Source of the DNA: Eledone cirrhosa
Taxonomy: Eukaryota
Length of the DNA stretch: 64,000 nucleotides
Assembly (NCBI GenBank): GCA_964016885.1
Contig: OZ024762.1
Location: forward strand, 8,122,001 to 8,186,000
Reading direction: 5' to 3'
The position numbers and the translations under genes were made by a program. Shown here in pieces: positions 50,763-63,267 of this stretch. Positions within the stretch are counted from its first letter, which is position 1; each line of letters starts with the position of its first letter. The notes under the pieces are model-generated. The model saw only the letters and a list, made by a program, of their open reading frames with translations, ran no database searches and was not told the origin of the DNA.

Positions 50763-52187
50763 TAGAACACTGGAGGGTTATATCCGTAGTAGTAGAGCAC
50801 TCAGTCCATGGGACGAGTTTGGTAGAAGTAGTTCCACAACAGTTAGTTCACCATTTCCGAGAACAACCTTTAATATGGCTTAAAGAGAGAGACCACATCT
50901 CCTCCACACAAATATCTATATGGAGTCATCCTTCTCCAAGATAGGTTGCCTTCACAACAGCTTAAGGAGACCAAATCTCCTCCACACAAATATTTACAGT
51001 CACCTGTAATACACACACACACTGACATCCACAAATACACACTCACACACAGACATGTACCTACAATACACACACACACACACTGACATGCACCAATGAC
51101 ACACACACATACCTATACTACACAGACAAACTACATTTTACACTTAGTTTTTATAGTGGTTAGGTAAAAAAAAAGCGCCTAACAGAACAATAACACCCCA
51201 CCGCCCTAGTCTGGCCCTACCCTTTCTCTGGTGAAACCTAACATTTTGGCAGTTTTCATCAATCCCATCAAGTTAATGACCTTCATACAGTAAAGGTCAC
51301 CCAATCACAGACCCCCACTCCAGCTTTCATTTGTATTTTTTATTTACTATTTATCATAATTTGATCATTTTTTTTATCTATTAGGGATTGGGGTGTTGAG
51401 GGTTGTGGTGGGGTGGTGTTGGGGTTAGGGTGGAAGGGGTCCTTGTTCAGTATAGAAATGTGTGTGTGTGTGTGCGTATGTGCATGTGCACGTGTGTGTA
51501 TGTGTATGTAAGTGTGTGTGTGTGTGTGTGTGTGTGTAAAGGGGGACACTAATCAATCCCCACTGTGTGTACATGAGTGCATGTGGGTTGGGGTAGGGAG
51601 TTGGGTGGTGTGTGTGTGTGCGGGGTGGGGGTGGAAGGAGTCCTTGTTCAGTGTAGAAATGTATGTGTATGTGTTTGTGCATGTGTGTGTGTGAAGGGGG
51701 ACACTGATCAATCCCTACTGTGTGTATATGTGTGTGTGTGTGTGAGTTGGTGAGGGTTGGAAGGGGTCCTTGTTCAGTGTAGAAATGTCAAGCATGAAAA
51801 GAATGTGAATAATGTAGAGAAATATTGTGACAATAGAGAAATTGGAGAGAAAGTGTGTGGTTCAGGGGTTAGAGTATTTGGCTGACATTCATAGGGTCGT
51901 GGTTTCGATTCCTATGCTCAAACAAAATATCTATATACTACTAAAACTCTGTGATTGTGTAGTTGTCTGTAATTTAATACAGCAAAAACGGCACATAATG
52001 GGAAAATACTTTGAAAGGAAGTTGCACCTGAAATGGGAACACAAATGGAATAAAACAAGTTTCACATAAATCAGAGCACTGGTTCCAGAAATACAGGGTT
52101 TTTCCAGGTACCTTCATAAATAGATAGAGAGAAAAACAGAAGAGATAGTAGTCGTGAGAGAGTAGATTGAAAGAGAAACATAGAAAA

Positions 52188-54660
52188 TGAGAGAGAAGGA
52201 GACGGAGAAGGAAAATTGAAGCGAGAGAGAAGGAGACAGAGAAGGAAAATTGAAGCGAGAGGGAAGGAGACAGAGAAGGAAAATTGAAGCGAGAGGGAAG
52301 GAGACAGAGAAGGAAAATTGAAGCGAGAGGGAAGGAGACAGAGAAGGAAAATTGAAGCGATAGGGAAGGAGACAGAGAAGGAAAATTGAAGCAAGAGAGA
52401 AGGAGAAAGAGAAGGAAAATTGAAGCGAGAGAGAAGGAGACAGAGAAGGAAAATTGAAGCGAGAGAGAAGGAGACAGAGAAGGAAAATTGAAGCGAGAGA
52501 GAAGGAGACAGAGAAGGAAAATTGAAGCGAGAGAGAAGGAGACAGAGAAGGAAAATTGAAGTGAGAGAGAAGGAGACAGAGAAGGAAAATTGAAGTGAGA
52601 GAGAAGGAGACAGAGAAGGAAAATTGAAGCGAGAGGGAAGGAGACAGAGAAGGAAAATTGAAGCGAGAGAGAAGGAGACAGAGAAGGAAAATTGAAGCGA
52701 GAGAGAAGGAGACAGAGAAGGAAAATTGAAGCGAGAGAGAAGGAGACAGAGAAGGAAAATTGAAGCGAGAGAGAAGGAGACAGAGAAGGAAAATTGAAGT
52801 GAGAGAGAAGGAGACAGAGAAGGAAAATTGAAGTGAGAGAGAAGGAGACAGAGAAGGAAAATTGAAGTGAGAGAGAAGGAGACAGAGAAGGAAAATTGAA
52901 GTGAGAGAGAAGGAGACAGAGAAGGAAAATTGAAGTGAGAGAGAAGGAGACAGAGAAGGAAAATTGAAGCGAGAGAGAAGGAGACAGAGAAGGAAAATTG
53001 AAGCGAGAGAGAAGGAGACAGAGAAGGAAAATTGAAGCGAGAGAGAAGGAGACAGAGAAGGAAAATTGAAGCGAGAGAGAAGGAGACAGAGAAGGAAAAT
53101 TGAAGCGAGAGAGAAGGAGACAGAGAAGGAAAATTGAAGCGAGAGAGAAGGAGACAGAGAAGGAAAATTGAAGCGAGAGAGAAGGAGACAGAGAAGGAAA
53201 ATTGAAGTGAGAGAGAAGGAGAAAGAGAAGGAAAATTGAAGCGAGAGAGAAGGAGAAAGAGAAGGAAAATTGAAGCGAGAGAGAAGGAGACAGAGAAGGA
53301 AAATTGAAGCGAGAGAGAAGGAGACAGAGAAGGAAAATTGAAGTGAGAGAGAAGGAGACAGAGAAGGAAAATTGAAGCGAGAGAGAAGGAGACAGAGAAG
53401 GAAAATTGAAGCGAGAGAGAAGGAGACAGAGAAGGAAAATTGAAGTGTGAGAGAAGGAGACAGAGAAGGAAAATTGAAGTGAGAGAGAAGGAGACAGAGA
53501 AGGAAAATTGAAGTGAGAGAGAAGGAGACAGAGAAGGAAAATTGAAGTGAGAGAGAAGGAGACAGAGAAGGAAAATTGAAGTGAGAGAGAAGGAGACAGA
53601 GAAGGAAAATTGAAGTGAGAGAGAAGGAGACAGAGAAGGAAAATTGAAGCGAGAGAGAAGGAGACAGAGAAGGAAAATTGAAGTGAGAGAGAAGGAGACA
53701 GAGAAGGAAAATTGAAGTGAGAGAGAAGGAGACAGAGAAGGAAAATTGAAGTGAGAGAGAAGGAGACAGAGAAGGAAAATTGAAGTGAGAGAGAAGGAGA
53801 CAGAGAAGGAAAATTGAAGTGAGAGAGAAGGAGACAGAGAAGGAAAATTGAAGCGAGAGAGAAGGAGACAGAGAAGGAAAATTGAAGCGAGAGAGAAGGA
53901 GACAGAGAAGGAAAATTGAAGTGAGAGAGAAGGAGACAGAGAAGGAAAATTGAAGCGAGAGAGAAAGAGAAAGAGAAGGAAAATTGAAGCGAGAGAGAAG
54001 GAGACAGAGAAGGAAAATTGAAGCGAGAGAGAAGGAGAAAGAGAAGGAAAATTGAAGCGAGAGAGAAGGAGACAGAGAAGGAAAATTGAAGCGAGAGAGA
54101 AGGAGACAGAGAAGGAAAATTGAAACGAGAGAGAAGGAGACAGAGAAGGAAAATTGAAGCGAGAGAGAAGGAGACAGAGAAGGAAAATTGAAGCGAGAGA
54201 GAAGGAGACAGAGAAGGAAAATTGAAGTGAGAGGGAAGGAGACAGAGAAGGAAAATTGAAGCGAGAGAGAAGGAGACAGAGAAGGAAAATTGAAGCAAGA
54301 GAGAAAGAGAAAGAGAAAGAGAAAGAGAAAGAGAAGGAAAATTGAAGCGAGAGAGAAGGAGACAGAGAAGGAAAATTGAAGCGAGAGAGAAGGAGACAGA
54401 GAAGGAAAATTGAAGCGAGAGAGAAGGAGACAGAGAAGGAAAATTGAAGCGAGAGAGAAGGAGACAGAGAAGGAAAATTGAAGCGAGAGAGAAGGAGACA
54501 GAGAAGGAAAATTGAAGTGAGAGAGAAGGAGAAAGAGAAGGAAAATTGAAACGAGAGAGAAGGAGACAGAGAAGGAAAATTGAAGCGAGAGAGAAGGAGA
54601 CAGAGAAGGAAAATTGAAGCGAGAGAGAAGGAGACAGAGAAGGAAAATTGAAGCGAGAGA
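52188..54660. repeat. 34-bp purine-rich minisatellite, ~73 copies
   Basis: Unit GAGAGAGAAGGAGACAGAGAAGGAAAATTGAAG(C/T); 34-aa periodicity in all three minus-strand ORFs. Confidence 0.97.
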
Positions 54661-55248
54661 GCTGGTGGTGTTGTTGAATGAAATATATATACACATACAC
54701 ACATATATATATATATATATGTACACACACGCACACACAATATATATAGCTAACTTAGTCATTTGCAATTGGAACACATGTATAATTGTATCGGTGTTCA
54801 TCCCTCTCATATATTCAATTATACTACATGGCTCGGAAAGATTCCCTTCTCTGAGCTATTTAATTGTAAAAGACTATTTTGAGTTTCTAACTCAATCTAT
54901 GATATATATATATCATCATCATCATCATCATCGTTTAACGTCCATGTTCCACGCTTGCATGGGTTTGGACGGGAGTTTTCCCACTTGAGGCAAGAGTGGT
55001 TGTCATTGCTCGCATAGGACTGTCTGGCGGGTTTTCTACAGCTGGATGCCCTTCCTAACACCAACCACATTTACAGTGTGGGGCTATATATATATATATA
55101 TATATTGAAAGGATAACAAGGACGATTGATTACTCCTTCATTGCATCGAGTGCTCTCCCGGGTGAACCTGCAGTAACTCCTAGTTACACCCCCATTTGTT
55201 AATATACAATATATTAACAAATGGAAACTATATTTATAAAACCATATT

Positions 55249-55314
55249 TATTTTATTATACATATTTCAAGGGCCACCAAGGCAAATTATGGTGCGCTTT
55301 CATCAGATAAAATA
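55249..55314 (-). ncRNA. type I hammerhead ribozyme motif (same family as 31601/31736)
   Basis: Minus strand: tattttat CTGATGA aagcgcacca-taatttgcct-tggtggccctt GAAA tatgta TA ataaaata; perfect 8-bp stem I. Confidence 0.72.
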
Positions 55315-55381
55315 CAATACAGATTTGTTTTATAAATAAATATTGACATACCCTGAATCCCAACAAATTAAATATAACCTC

Positions 55382-55426
<45 letters not shown>

Positions 55427-55495
55427 GCCTTCCAATTTCATTTTATATTATATACATGTCTGCGTATATTTGAATTATTTAAAAATTATTTTTAA

Positions 55496-55699
55496 CCCTT
55501 TAGCATTACTCTCTATATACTATTATATTTTCATGGCAAAGGCTTTTCCTTGCATAAGGATCTCACATAATATCGAATCTATGAGATTTTGAAAGTATTT
55601 ATTTTGAGAACAATACCTTAATATCAGTTTGAGTGACCAGTTACAGCCAGTTTCAACAGAAAATGGTAAAGAATTCTGGCCGGTTTGAACATTAAAGGG
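55496..55699 (-). mobile_element. piggyBac-type MITE
   Basis: TTAA|CCCTTTAGC...TAAAGGG|TTAA. Confidence 0.85.
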
Positions 55700-56293
55700 T
55701 TAAGTGAATATGATTTAAAAAAAATATTTTTAAGTGAACATGACCCTTTGGGTCACAGGTGGTCTAGTACTAATCAAATATATCTCACATTGTTCTAGTT
55801 CATCCAACCTATGTAATGTCAGTGTCATTTTTATATTCTGATTGCTTTCGTCCCTTGTCATATATATTACATTATATAAGTAATATTGTTTCTGTAATAT
55901 TCTTGTCATCATCATCATCATCATCACCGTTTACTATCCATTTTTCCATACTAGCATGGGTTAGACAAGTTGTCCTGTTGTGAGCAATGCCAAGTCAGGT
56001 GACCATGTCTTGCTCAAACAGAACTGATTCTGGCTTGGTTTCTACAGTTGGATGACTTTCCGAACACCAACCTTATTTACAGTGACAAACAACTGTCATC
56101 TGGAAAATCTAATGGGTACAATTCTATGGAGGTAGATAAATCCTGTCTATTCTCTCCATAGGAATATTGATTCTTCCTAGAAGGTGAAACACTGCGTAAG
56201 AAATATAATTTGTTCTTAAGAGTCTTGTTTTCTCCATCATGTATTTCTGTTTATATTTACTCTGCTTATCCTCAGTACATTAACTCTCCTTAA

Positions 56294-56910
56294 CCCTTTA
56301 GCATTCACATTATTTTATATATACTAGAGGGCGGTGAATTGGCAGTATCGATAGAGGGTCGGTCATGCTTTCCAGCATAGTTACGTCCCTTTACGATCTG
56401 AGTTCAAATCCCGCCGAGATTAACTTTGCCTTTCATCCATACAGAGGTCGATAAAGTAAAGTACCAGTAATGTACTGGGTATTTGCTGGCCTTGTGCCAA
56501 AAGTAGAAACAATTATTTATATATACTATTATATTTTCATGGTAATATCGGATCTATGAGATTTTGAAAGTATTTATTTTGAGAACAATACCTTAACATC
56601 AGTTTGAGCGACCAGTTACAGCCAGTTTCAACAGAAAGAAGTAGAGAATTCTGGCTGGTTTTGGCCAGTTTGAACACTAAAGGGTTAACTCTTTAGTATT
56701 TAAACCAGCTGTATCCAGCCAAAATTCTCTCACCTCTTTCTGTTCAAACCAGCTGTAACCGGCCAGTCATACTAACGTTAAAGTATTGTTTTCAAAATAA
56801 ATAAATAACAAAATCTCATAGATTCAATATTATGTGAGATAATCACATAAGGTAAAGTATTTACCGTGAAAATACAATAGTAAATATAGAGTAATGTAAA
56901 TGCTAAAAGG
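56294..56910. mobile_element. two adjacent opposite-orientation MITEs sharing a TTAA; the first contains a nested family-A SINE (56328-56518)
   Basis: 56294-56684 (-), TTAA 56685-88, 56689-56910 (+). Confidence 0.82.
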
Positions 56911-57055
56911 TTAAATATTAACTCCACTTTAATATTTCATATTGCATCTTTAGGCATTGAGCATGCTTCGATTTGTTTAAGGCATCTAACATAATATATC
57001 ATAATATCTTCTCCTCTGTATTTATTGTATATGACTTCTATTTGTATATATATAT

Positions 57056-57253
57056 ATAGGAAACGGTTCAGGACCCCGACGGCAGAGCTCAAGCCGTTTC
57101 GACGGCTATTTCAGTTCAGAAATAGCCGTCGAAATGGCTTGAGTTCTGCCGTCGGGGTCCTGAACATTTTCCTATTACCCACTCTACTACCCAAAGTATT
57201 GAGTACTCTGGTGCGTTATGGTCCACCTGGTTCCTTACCACACTTCCTTCGTT
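57056..57253 (+). mobile_element. TA-embedded fold-back element
   Basis: Arms 57056-57112 and 57119-57175 plus tail; (TA)n flanks. Confidence 0.75.
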
Positions 57254-57438
57254 ATATATATATATATATTGAAAAATATGTGAAATCCTTGGTACAGTTA
57301 GGTATATTTGAAAAAATGAAAAGAATGACTTCACTTGTAGTTGGTATTCTATAACAATTTAATTTTACAATTTTATAATTTTGCTATGTAGATCTAATGG
57401 GTAGTTTGTTAACTTTGTTCGAAAATTTTTTTTAAAAG

Positions 57439-57566
57439 TCCTGGTTGACTTTCTGGAGAACTTTCTCGCATTCATCAGTGGCAATTGTCAAACTGATCTG
57501 AAGTTGTAATGTGTTGACAATCGCCACCAAGGAATGCAAGAAAGTTCTCCAGAAAGTTAACCAGGA
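57439..57566. repeat. inverted repeat, 53-bp arms
   Basis: 57439-57491 versus 57514-57566; a further inverted copy lies at 58240-58335. Confidence 0.8.
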
Positions 57567-58014
57567 TCCCATGGTCATTCGACACCTGAGGGGATCTTTA
57601 CCTTACCTTCATATATATATATTACAAATTAGAACATTTAAAGAAATTATATTTTTTAATATATAGAAATCCTAAAAATAATACATGATGTAATAATTAA
57701 ATCAAATGAGAATTATCTGCCATGGAGAGGAACTCTCAAACTAATCAGACAACTATTTTTTTTGTGTGTGAACTCATAAATATCATATTTATCATTGCCG
57801 AACTTCATTCAGACTGTCAATATGAAAGCTGAATGGTAAAGTAGTACACTATGAAATCATAAGATCCCAGGTTCGATTCCACTGCAATGCAGGACCAGAC
57901 TTTCACCTTGCTGAAGCACTTTGAAAATTTTAAATAAATATACATGATTATTTTTTATATTAATGTTAATGATAAAGAATAAATAAATTACATATATATA
58001 TATATATATATAAC

Positions 58015-58228
58015 AAACAAAGAAGGTGTGGTAAGATACCAGGTGGACCATAACGCACCAGAGTACGCATTACTTTGGGTAGTAGAGTGTGGATAATAGG
58101 AAAAGAGTCAGGACCCCGATGGCTGAGCTCCAGCCGTTTTGAAAGCTAGATAGGTTTTGAAAGCTAGATAGATTTTGAAAGTCAAAACGGCCAGAGCTCA
58201 GCCATCAGGGTCCTGGCTCTTTTCCTAT
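58015..58228 (-). mobile_element. TA-embedded fold-back element, diverged
   Basis: Tail, then arms 58096-58142 and 58182-58227 separated by a short tandem duplication. Confidence 0.7.
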
Positions 58229-58334
58229 ATATACACACACCAACACATCACAACTTCAGATCAGTTTGACAATCGGCACCGACGAATACGAGAAAGTTCT
58301 CCAGAAAGTTAACCATAATTTTTTTAAAAACTTT

Positions 58335-58562
58335 CCACCTGATCACGGCGTGAAGAAGTGCCAGGAAATCCTGTTGCAAGGAAACCACTGTAGAGGTAGA
58401 CCAAGAAAGACATGTTTGAGAGGTGTTTGAGAGCTGACCTCAAATCACTGAGACTCACAGAGGAGATGATGAAGGAACATTATGAGTGGAGAGATGCTGT
58501 GCTGAAAAGGACTAGTCTAAGTGCAGAAAAATAGGCATAACAACAATAATGACAATGATGAT
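58335..58562 (+). mobile_element. RTE LINE 3' end fragment
   Basis: VKKCQEI...RGRPRKT...ADLKSLRLTEEM...EWR followed by a GAT tail. Confidence 0.6.
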
Positions 58563-58984
58563 GTATGGATATGTGTGTGTGGATATGTATATATACACAC
58601 ACACATTTGTTTTGTGAAGCATTGAGAAAATTTGAATTTTGAAAGTCGTTAAGTTATTGCAAAATGCTAGGACACATTTAACTATAAAATAGTCAAATAA
58701 ATTGAGCAGATAAACCCCCTAGACAGCTACATTACCGTTACACCAAAGAGAATCTGACACCTTCTTGCATGTTATTTTTAAGTCTTATCTATCAGCCACT
58801 AGATGTAAACACGTGATATTCCCCTTCTATACACACACATGTATCTGTGTGTATATCATTACTCATACACTGTTCACTTTCCTGACATGTGTACATTATT
58901 CTATGTACTGTACATGCACTTTTGATGAGTTGTAGTGCACCTGAGCACTATACACAATAATTTTCATTATTATTATGAAATAAT

Positions 58985-60362
58985 TACAGGGCGGTGGATT
59001 GGCAGTATCGGTATAGGGTCAGACGCCATGCTTTGACGCATGGAGTTAGGGCCCTTACCATTCTGAGTTCAAATCCCGCCGAGGTTAACTTTGCCTTTCA
59101 TCCTTACGAGGTCGATAAAATAAAGCACCAGTAATACACTGGAGTAATAGCTGGCCTTGTGCCAAAAGTAGAAACAATTATTATCATTAAATAAACAATA
59201 AGTTTTACAATGTGTTGAGTGAATTTTAAAACTATGTCAGTTTATTGTTAGTGGCTATGATGTAGGTGTCACTATTAAAAAGTGAACAACTTGGGCATAT
59301 AAACTTGTTCTACCAACTGCAAGCTTACTACTACTACCACCACCACCACTAATACTATTGTAATTACTACCACCACCACCACCACCACCACCTCAACAGC
59401 CACTAATAATGATTTCTTATATAAGCACAAGGCCAGCAATTTTGGGGGAAGGGAAAGTCAATTAAATCGACCCAGTGCGTGACTGGTACTTTATTTTATC
59501 GACCCCCGTAAGGATGAAAGGCAAAGTTAACCTCGGCGGGATTTGAACTCAGATCATAAAGGGACGTAACTCTATGCTGCAAAGCATGGCATCCGAGCCT
59601 CTACCGATACTGCCAATCCATTGCCCTAACAGCCACTAATAATAGTAATAAAACCTATAATAAAGGTTTCTACTTTAGGCACAAGGCCAGCAATTTGAAG
59701 AGGGAAGAAGAAAGTCAATTAAATTGACCCTCAGTACGTCACTGGTACTTTATTTTATCGACCGCTGGAGGATGAAAGGCAAAGCTAACCTCAGTGGGAT
59801 TTGAACTCAGAATGTAAAGAGCCGTAACTCTATGCCACAAAGTATGTTGTCCAACACTCTATTATTCTTTAATAATAATTGTTTCTACTTTTGGCACAAG
59901 GCTAGCAATTACCCAGCACGTTACTGGTACTTTATTCTTTAATAATAGTGACTTCTAGTATAGGCACAAGGCCAATAATTTTGGTGGGGAGGGGAAAGAC
60001 GATTAAATCGGCCCCAGTGCATTGCTGGTACTTTATTTTATTGACCCCGTAAAGATGAAAGGCAAAGCTAACCTCGGTGGGATTTGAACTCAGAACTGGA
60101 TGTTGTCACTATCTTGACTAAACCGGGAATTATGATCAATCCTAAGGGAGAGCATGATGATGATGATGATGATTGTTTCTACTTTTGGCACAAGGCCAGC
60201 AATTATCCCAGTGTATTACTGATACTTTATTTTATCGACCCCCGTAAGGACGAAAGGCAAAGTTAACCTCGGCAGGATTTGAACTCAGAACGTAAAGGAC
60301 CATAACTCTATGCCGTAAAGCATGGTGTCTGACGCTCTACCGATACTGCCAATTCACCTCCC
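58985..60362. mobile_element. dense family-A SINE cluster (one plus copy, then ~5 minus copies)
   Basis: Repeated family-A motifs separated by (AAT)n/(GAT)n. Confidence 0.85.
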
Positions 60363-60795
60363 CATTGTGATGCTGATGATGATGATAATAAAGGGTTTTG
60401 AAATTCATGAATCTATCGCGTGGGAAATTTTTTTTTTTTTATTTCCAAGTCTATCATTTGCTTACATTTTGGCTAGGATAGCCATAGGCTGATATTGTTG
60501 GTGTCCTTCACAGTTGGTCATGTGTTCTCTGGTATATTTAGATGGTGAAGAGAGGTAACTTACACAGGATTAAAGTGTGTGTGTGTGTGTGTCTCAGCAC
60601 CACCACCACCACCACCACTTCTGCCTGCTACACACACACAAACACCCACACACAAGCTTTCTTTCTCAGAGAAAGTTGTGACAAGCAGAACAATTTTTGC
60701 CTCAAGATGATTTATTCTCATCATCTTAATTAATTCAAACATTGTTCTTTAAAATGTGTGAATTCCCCTGCCCCTATCTCTCTCTCTTGCTCATA

Positions 60796-60829
<34 letters not shown>

Positions 60830-61620
60830 GATATATATATATATATATATCTTTCTCCATATGTATAACTGCCTGTATGTATGTATCTACCTATCTATAG
60901 ATATTCACAGAGAACTGAGAGTAAACTCAAAAACCAAAGTATTAATAAATAGGAAAGAAGACAAGGCTCTGATCCCATCAGGCAAATGGCCTTGCTCGGT
61001 CAGCAGAAAAGGAGTAGGGAGAAACTCTATACTATGTACACAAGAGCTGTAGCAGGTTAGCAAGACTTTGTAAGTAATTGATGCTGGTGGGGATAGTAAG
61101 AGAGTCAGTGATATACACCTATTTCAGTCCCAGCTAGGATCCATAGAGGTGGTTGATAGCTTCTGCTATCTAGGTGATCAACTTAGCAGTGGAGGTGGAT
61201 GCTCTAGAACAGGGGTGTGCAACAGGCAGCCCCGCGGGCCACAATCCGGCCCGCCAGACCAGTCCGAGTGGCCCGTAATGACCATCTTGAATTTTTACCT
61301 TGTAGGCTTATTTAGTATTTTTTTCATAACTGTAATACAATTTTCTGTTAGTTGAGCAATTTTTTTTTTGGGGGGGAGGGGGAGAAAGTTGATTAAATGA
61401 ACCCCAGTGTGTTACTGATACTTTATTTTATCGACCCTGTAAGGGTAAAAGGCAAAGGTAACCATGGTTTGAGGTCCACTATGCCATTATTTACTTTGCT
61501 CCTTGCCCTCTTCTTTTAATCGTTTCTCTATTTCATCTACCTGTCACCCCGCTTGTGGATTGTCTTTCTGTTGACCACTGGCCGCTGGTATCTCTCCTCC
61601 GAGGCATTTTTGCCCATCGC

Positions 61621-61784
61621 TGTTTTTGACAGCATTTAGCTGTTTTTGACAGCATTTAGCTGTTTTTGACAGCATTTAGCTGTTTTTTACAGCATTTAGC
61701 TGTTTTTCACAGCATTTAGCTGTTTTTCACAGCATTTAGCTGTTTTTCACAGCATTTAGCTGTTTTTCACAGCATTTAGCTGTT
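61621..61784. repeat. 20-bp minisatellite, 8 copies
   Basis: TGTTTTT(G/T/C)ACAGCATTTAGC x8. Confidence 0.95.
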
Positions 61785-62206
61785 CTAGCGATGAGTTTTC
61801 TCAATTCTATCATCATCATCATCATTTCATTTTACGTCCGCTTTTTCCTTGCTTGCAAGGGTGGGACGGGAACTGATTCTGGCTTGATTTCTACAGCTGG
61901 ATGCCCTTCCTAACACCAACCTCATTTACAGTGAGTGCTGGGTGCTTTTTTTGCCGTGGCACCAACACGACCACTTTGCAGTGGAATGATAGGGACCCCA
62001 GTCCTATCATCTCATTTCTACAGCTGAGTAAACTGGAGCAATGTGAAATAAAGTATCTTGCTCAAGGAAACAACACATCACCCGGTCTGAGAATTGAACT
62101 CACAACCTTTCGATTGCAAGGCCAATGCTCTAACCACTAAGCCATGTGCCTCCACTATTGTAATACACTCTTGCTTCGTCTCGATCAGAGCCAACATTGT
62201 TTATTC

Positions 62207-62243
<37 letters not shown>

Positions 62244-62365
62244 CGTTTTTCTTTTATATTCTATTATAATATACAGCTCGGAAATATCTCTTTCTTAGAG
62301 CTATTTTATTGTAAGAGACTATTTTGAGTTCCTAACTCAATATATACCTTTGATATATACCTTTG

Positions 62366-62396
<31 letters not shown>

Positions 62397-62648
62397 AGTC
62401 GTTTGGAAGCCTCGACACTGCAAATGGGTAAATCTCCGGGTAACAGGGTCCGGTGGAGGAGAGAGAGATATGTAAGTGGGTGTACGTTGAGATGCGTGGT
62501 GTGTATAAGATGTGTGAGATGTGTAGAATGAAGGGAAGAGTGAAAGGGTAAAAATAATAATAACAACACAGGAGAGAGAGTTACCTTGGGAGAGATTTAA
62601 TAGTCCCTATATATTTCGGATTCACATCCATCAACTGGGGGTTTTTTC

Positions 62649-62680
<32 letters not shown>

Positions 62681-62833
62681 CAATATCGGAGAAAGCTTTT
62701 TAGCGATACTCCGGCCAAATTCCAACTCACTCAACAAACATTAGGAAATAAGTGATTATATTCCCAATTATGCGTTCGGGGTGCTAACTAAAAGTATTGC
62801 GTGGAAAATAGGCTGTATTATTTCATATGAGAC

Positions 62834-63267
62834 ATCATCATCATCATCAACGTTTAACGTCCGTGTTCCACGCTTGCATGGGTTTGGACGGGGGTTTTCC
62901 CACTTGAGGCAAGAGTGATTGTCTTGCTCGCATAGGACTGTCTGGCAGGTTTTCTACAGTTGGATGCCCTTCCTAACACCAACCACATTTACAGTGTGGG
63001 TCTGGGAGGTTTTTACCGTGTTGCCTACACGGCCACATTACAGCGTGGACTGTGTGTTTTTTTGTCGCGACACCTACACGATTCGAATATATATATATAT
63101 GTAAACGTGGTTGGTGTTAGGAAGGGCATCCAGCCGTAGAAAACCCGCCAGACAGTCCTATACGAGCAGGACAACCAATCTTGCCTCAAGTGGGAAAACT
63201 CCTGTCTAAACCCATGCAAGCGTGGAAGATGGACGTTAAACGATGATGATGATGATGATGATGATGA
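62834..63267. mobile_element. inverted pair of family-C SINE copies
   Basis: (CAT)n-led minus copy facing a plus copy ending in (GAT)n. Confidence 0.8.

Noticed and set aside
51974-54810. Three ~900-aa ORFs
   Set aside because: They are translations of a stop-free 34-bp tandem repeat; all three frames give the same peptide.
57100-57150. CTGAAATAGCCGTCGAAACGG in the TA-embedded element as a hammerhead
   Set aside because: The core is not CUGANGA, there is no stem II and no UH site; only a simple hairpin is supported.
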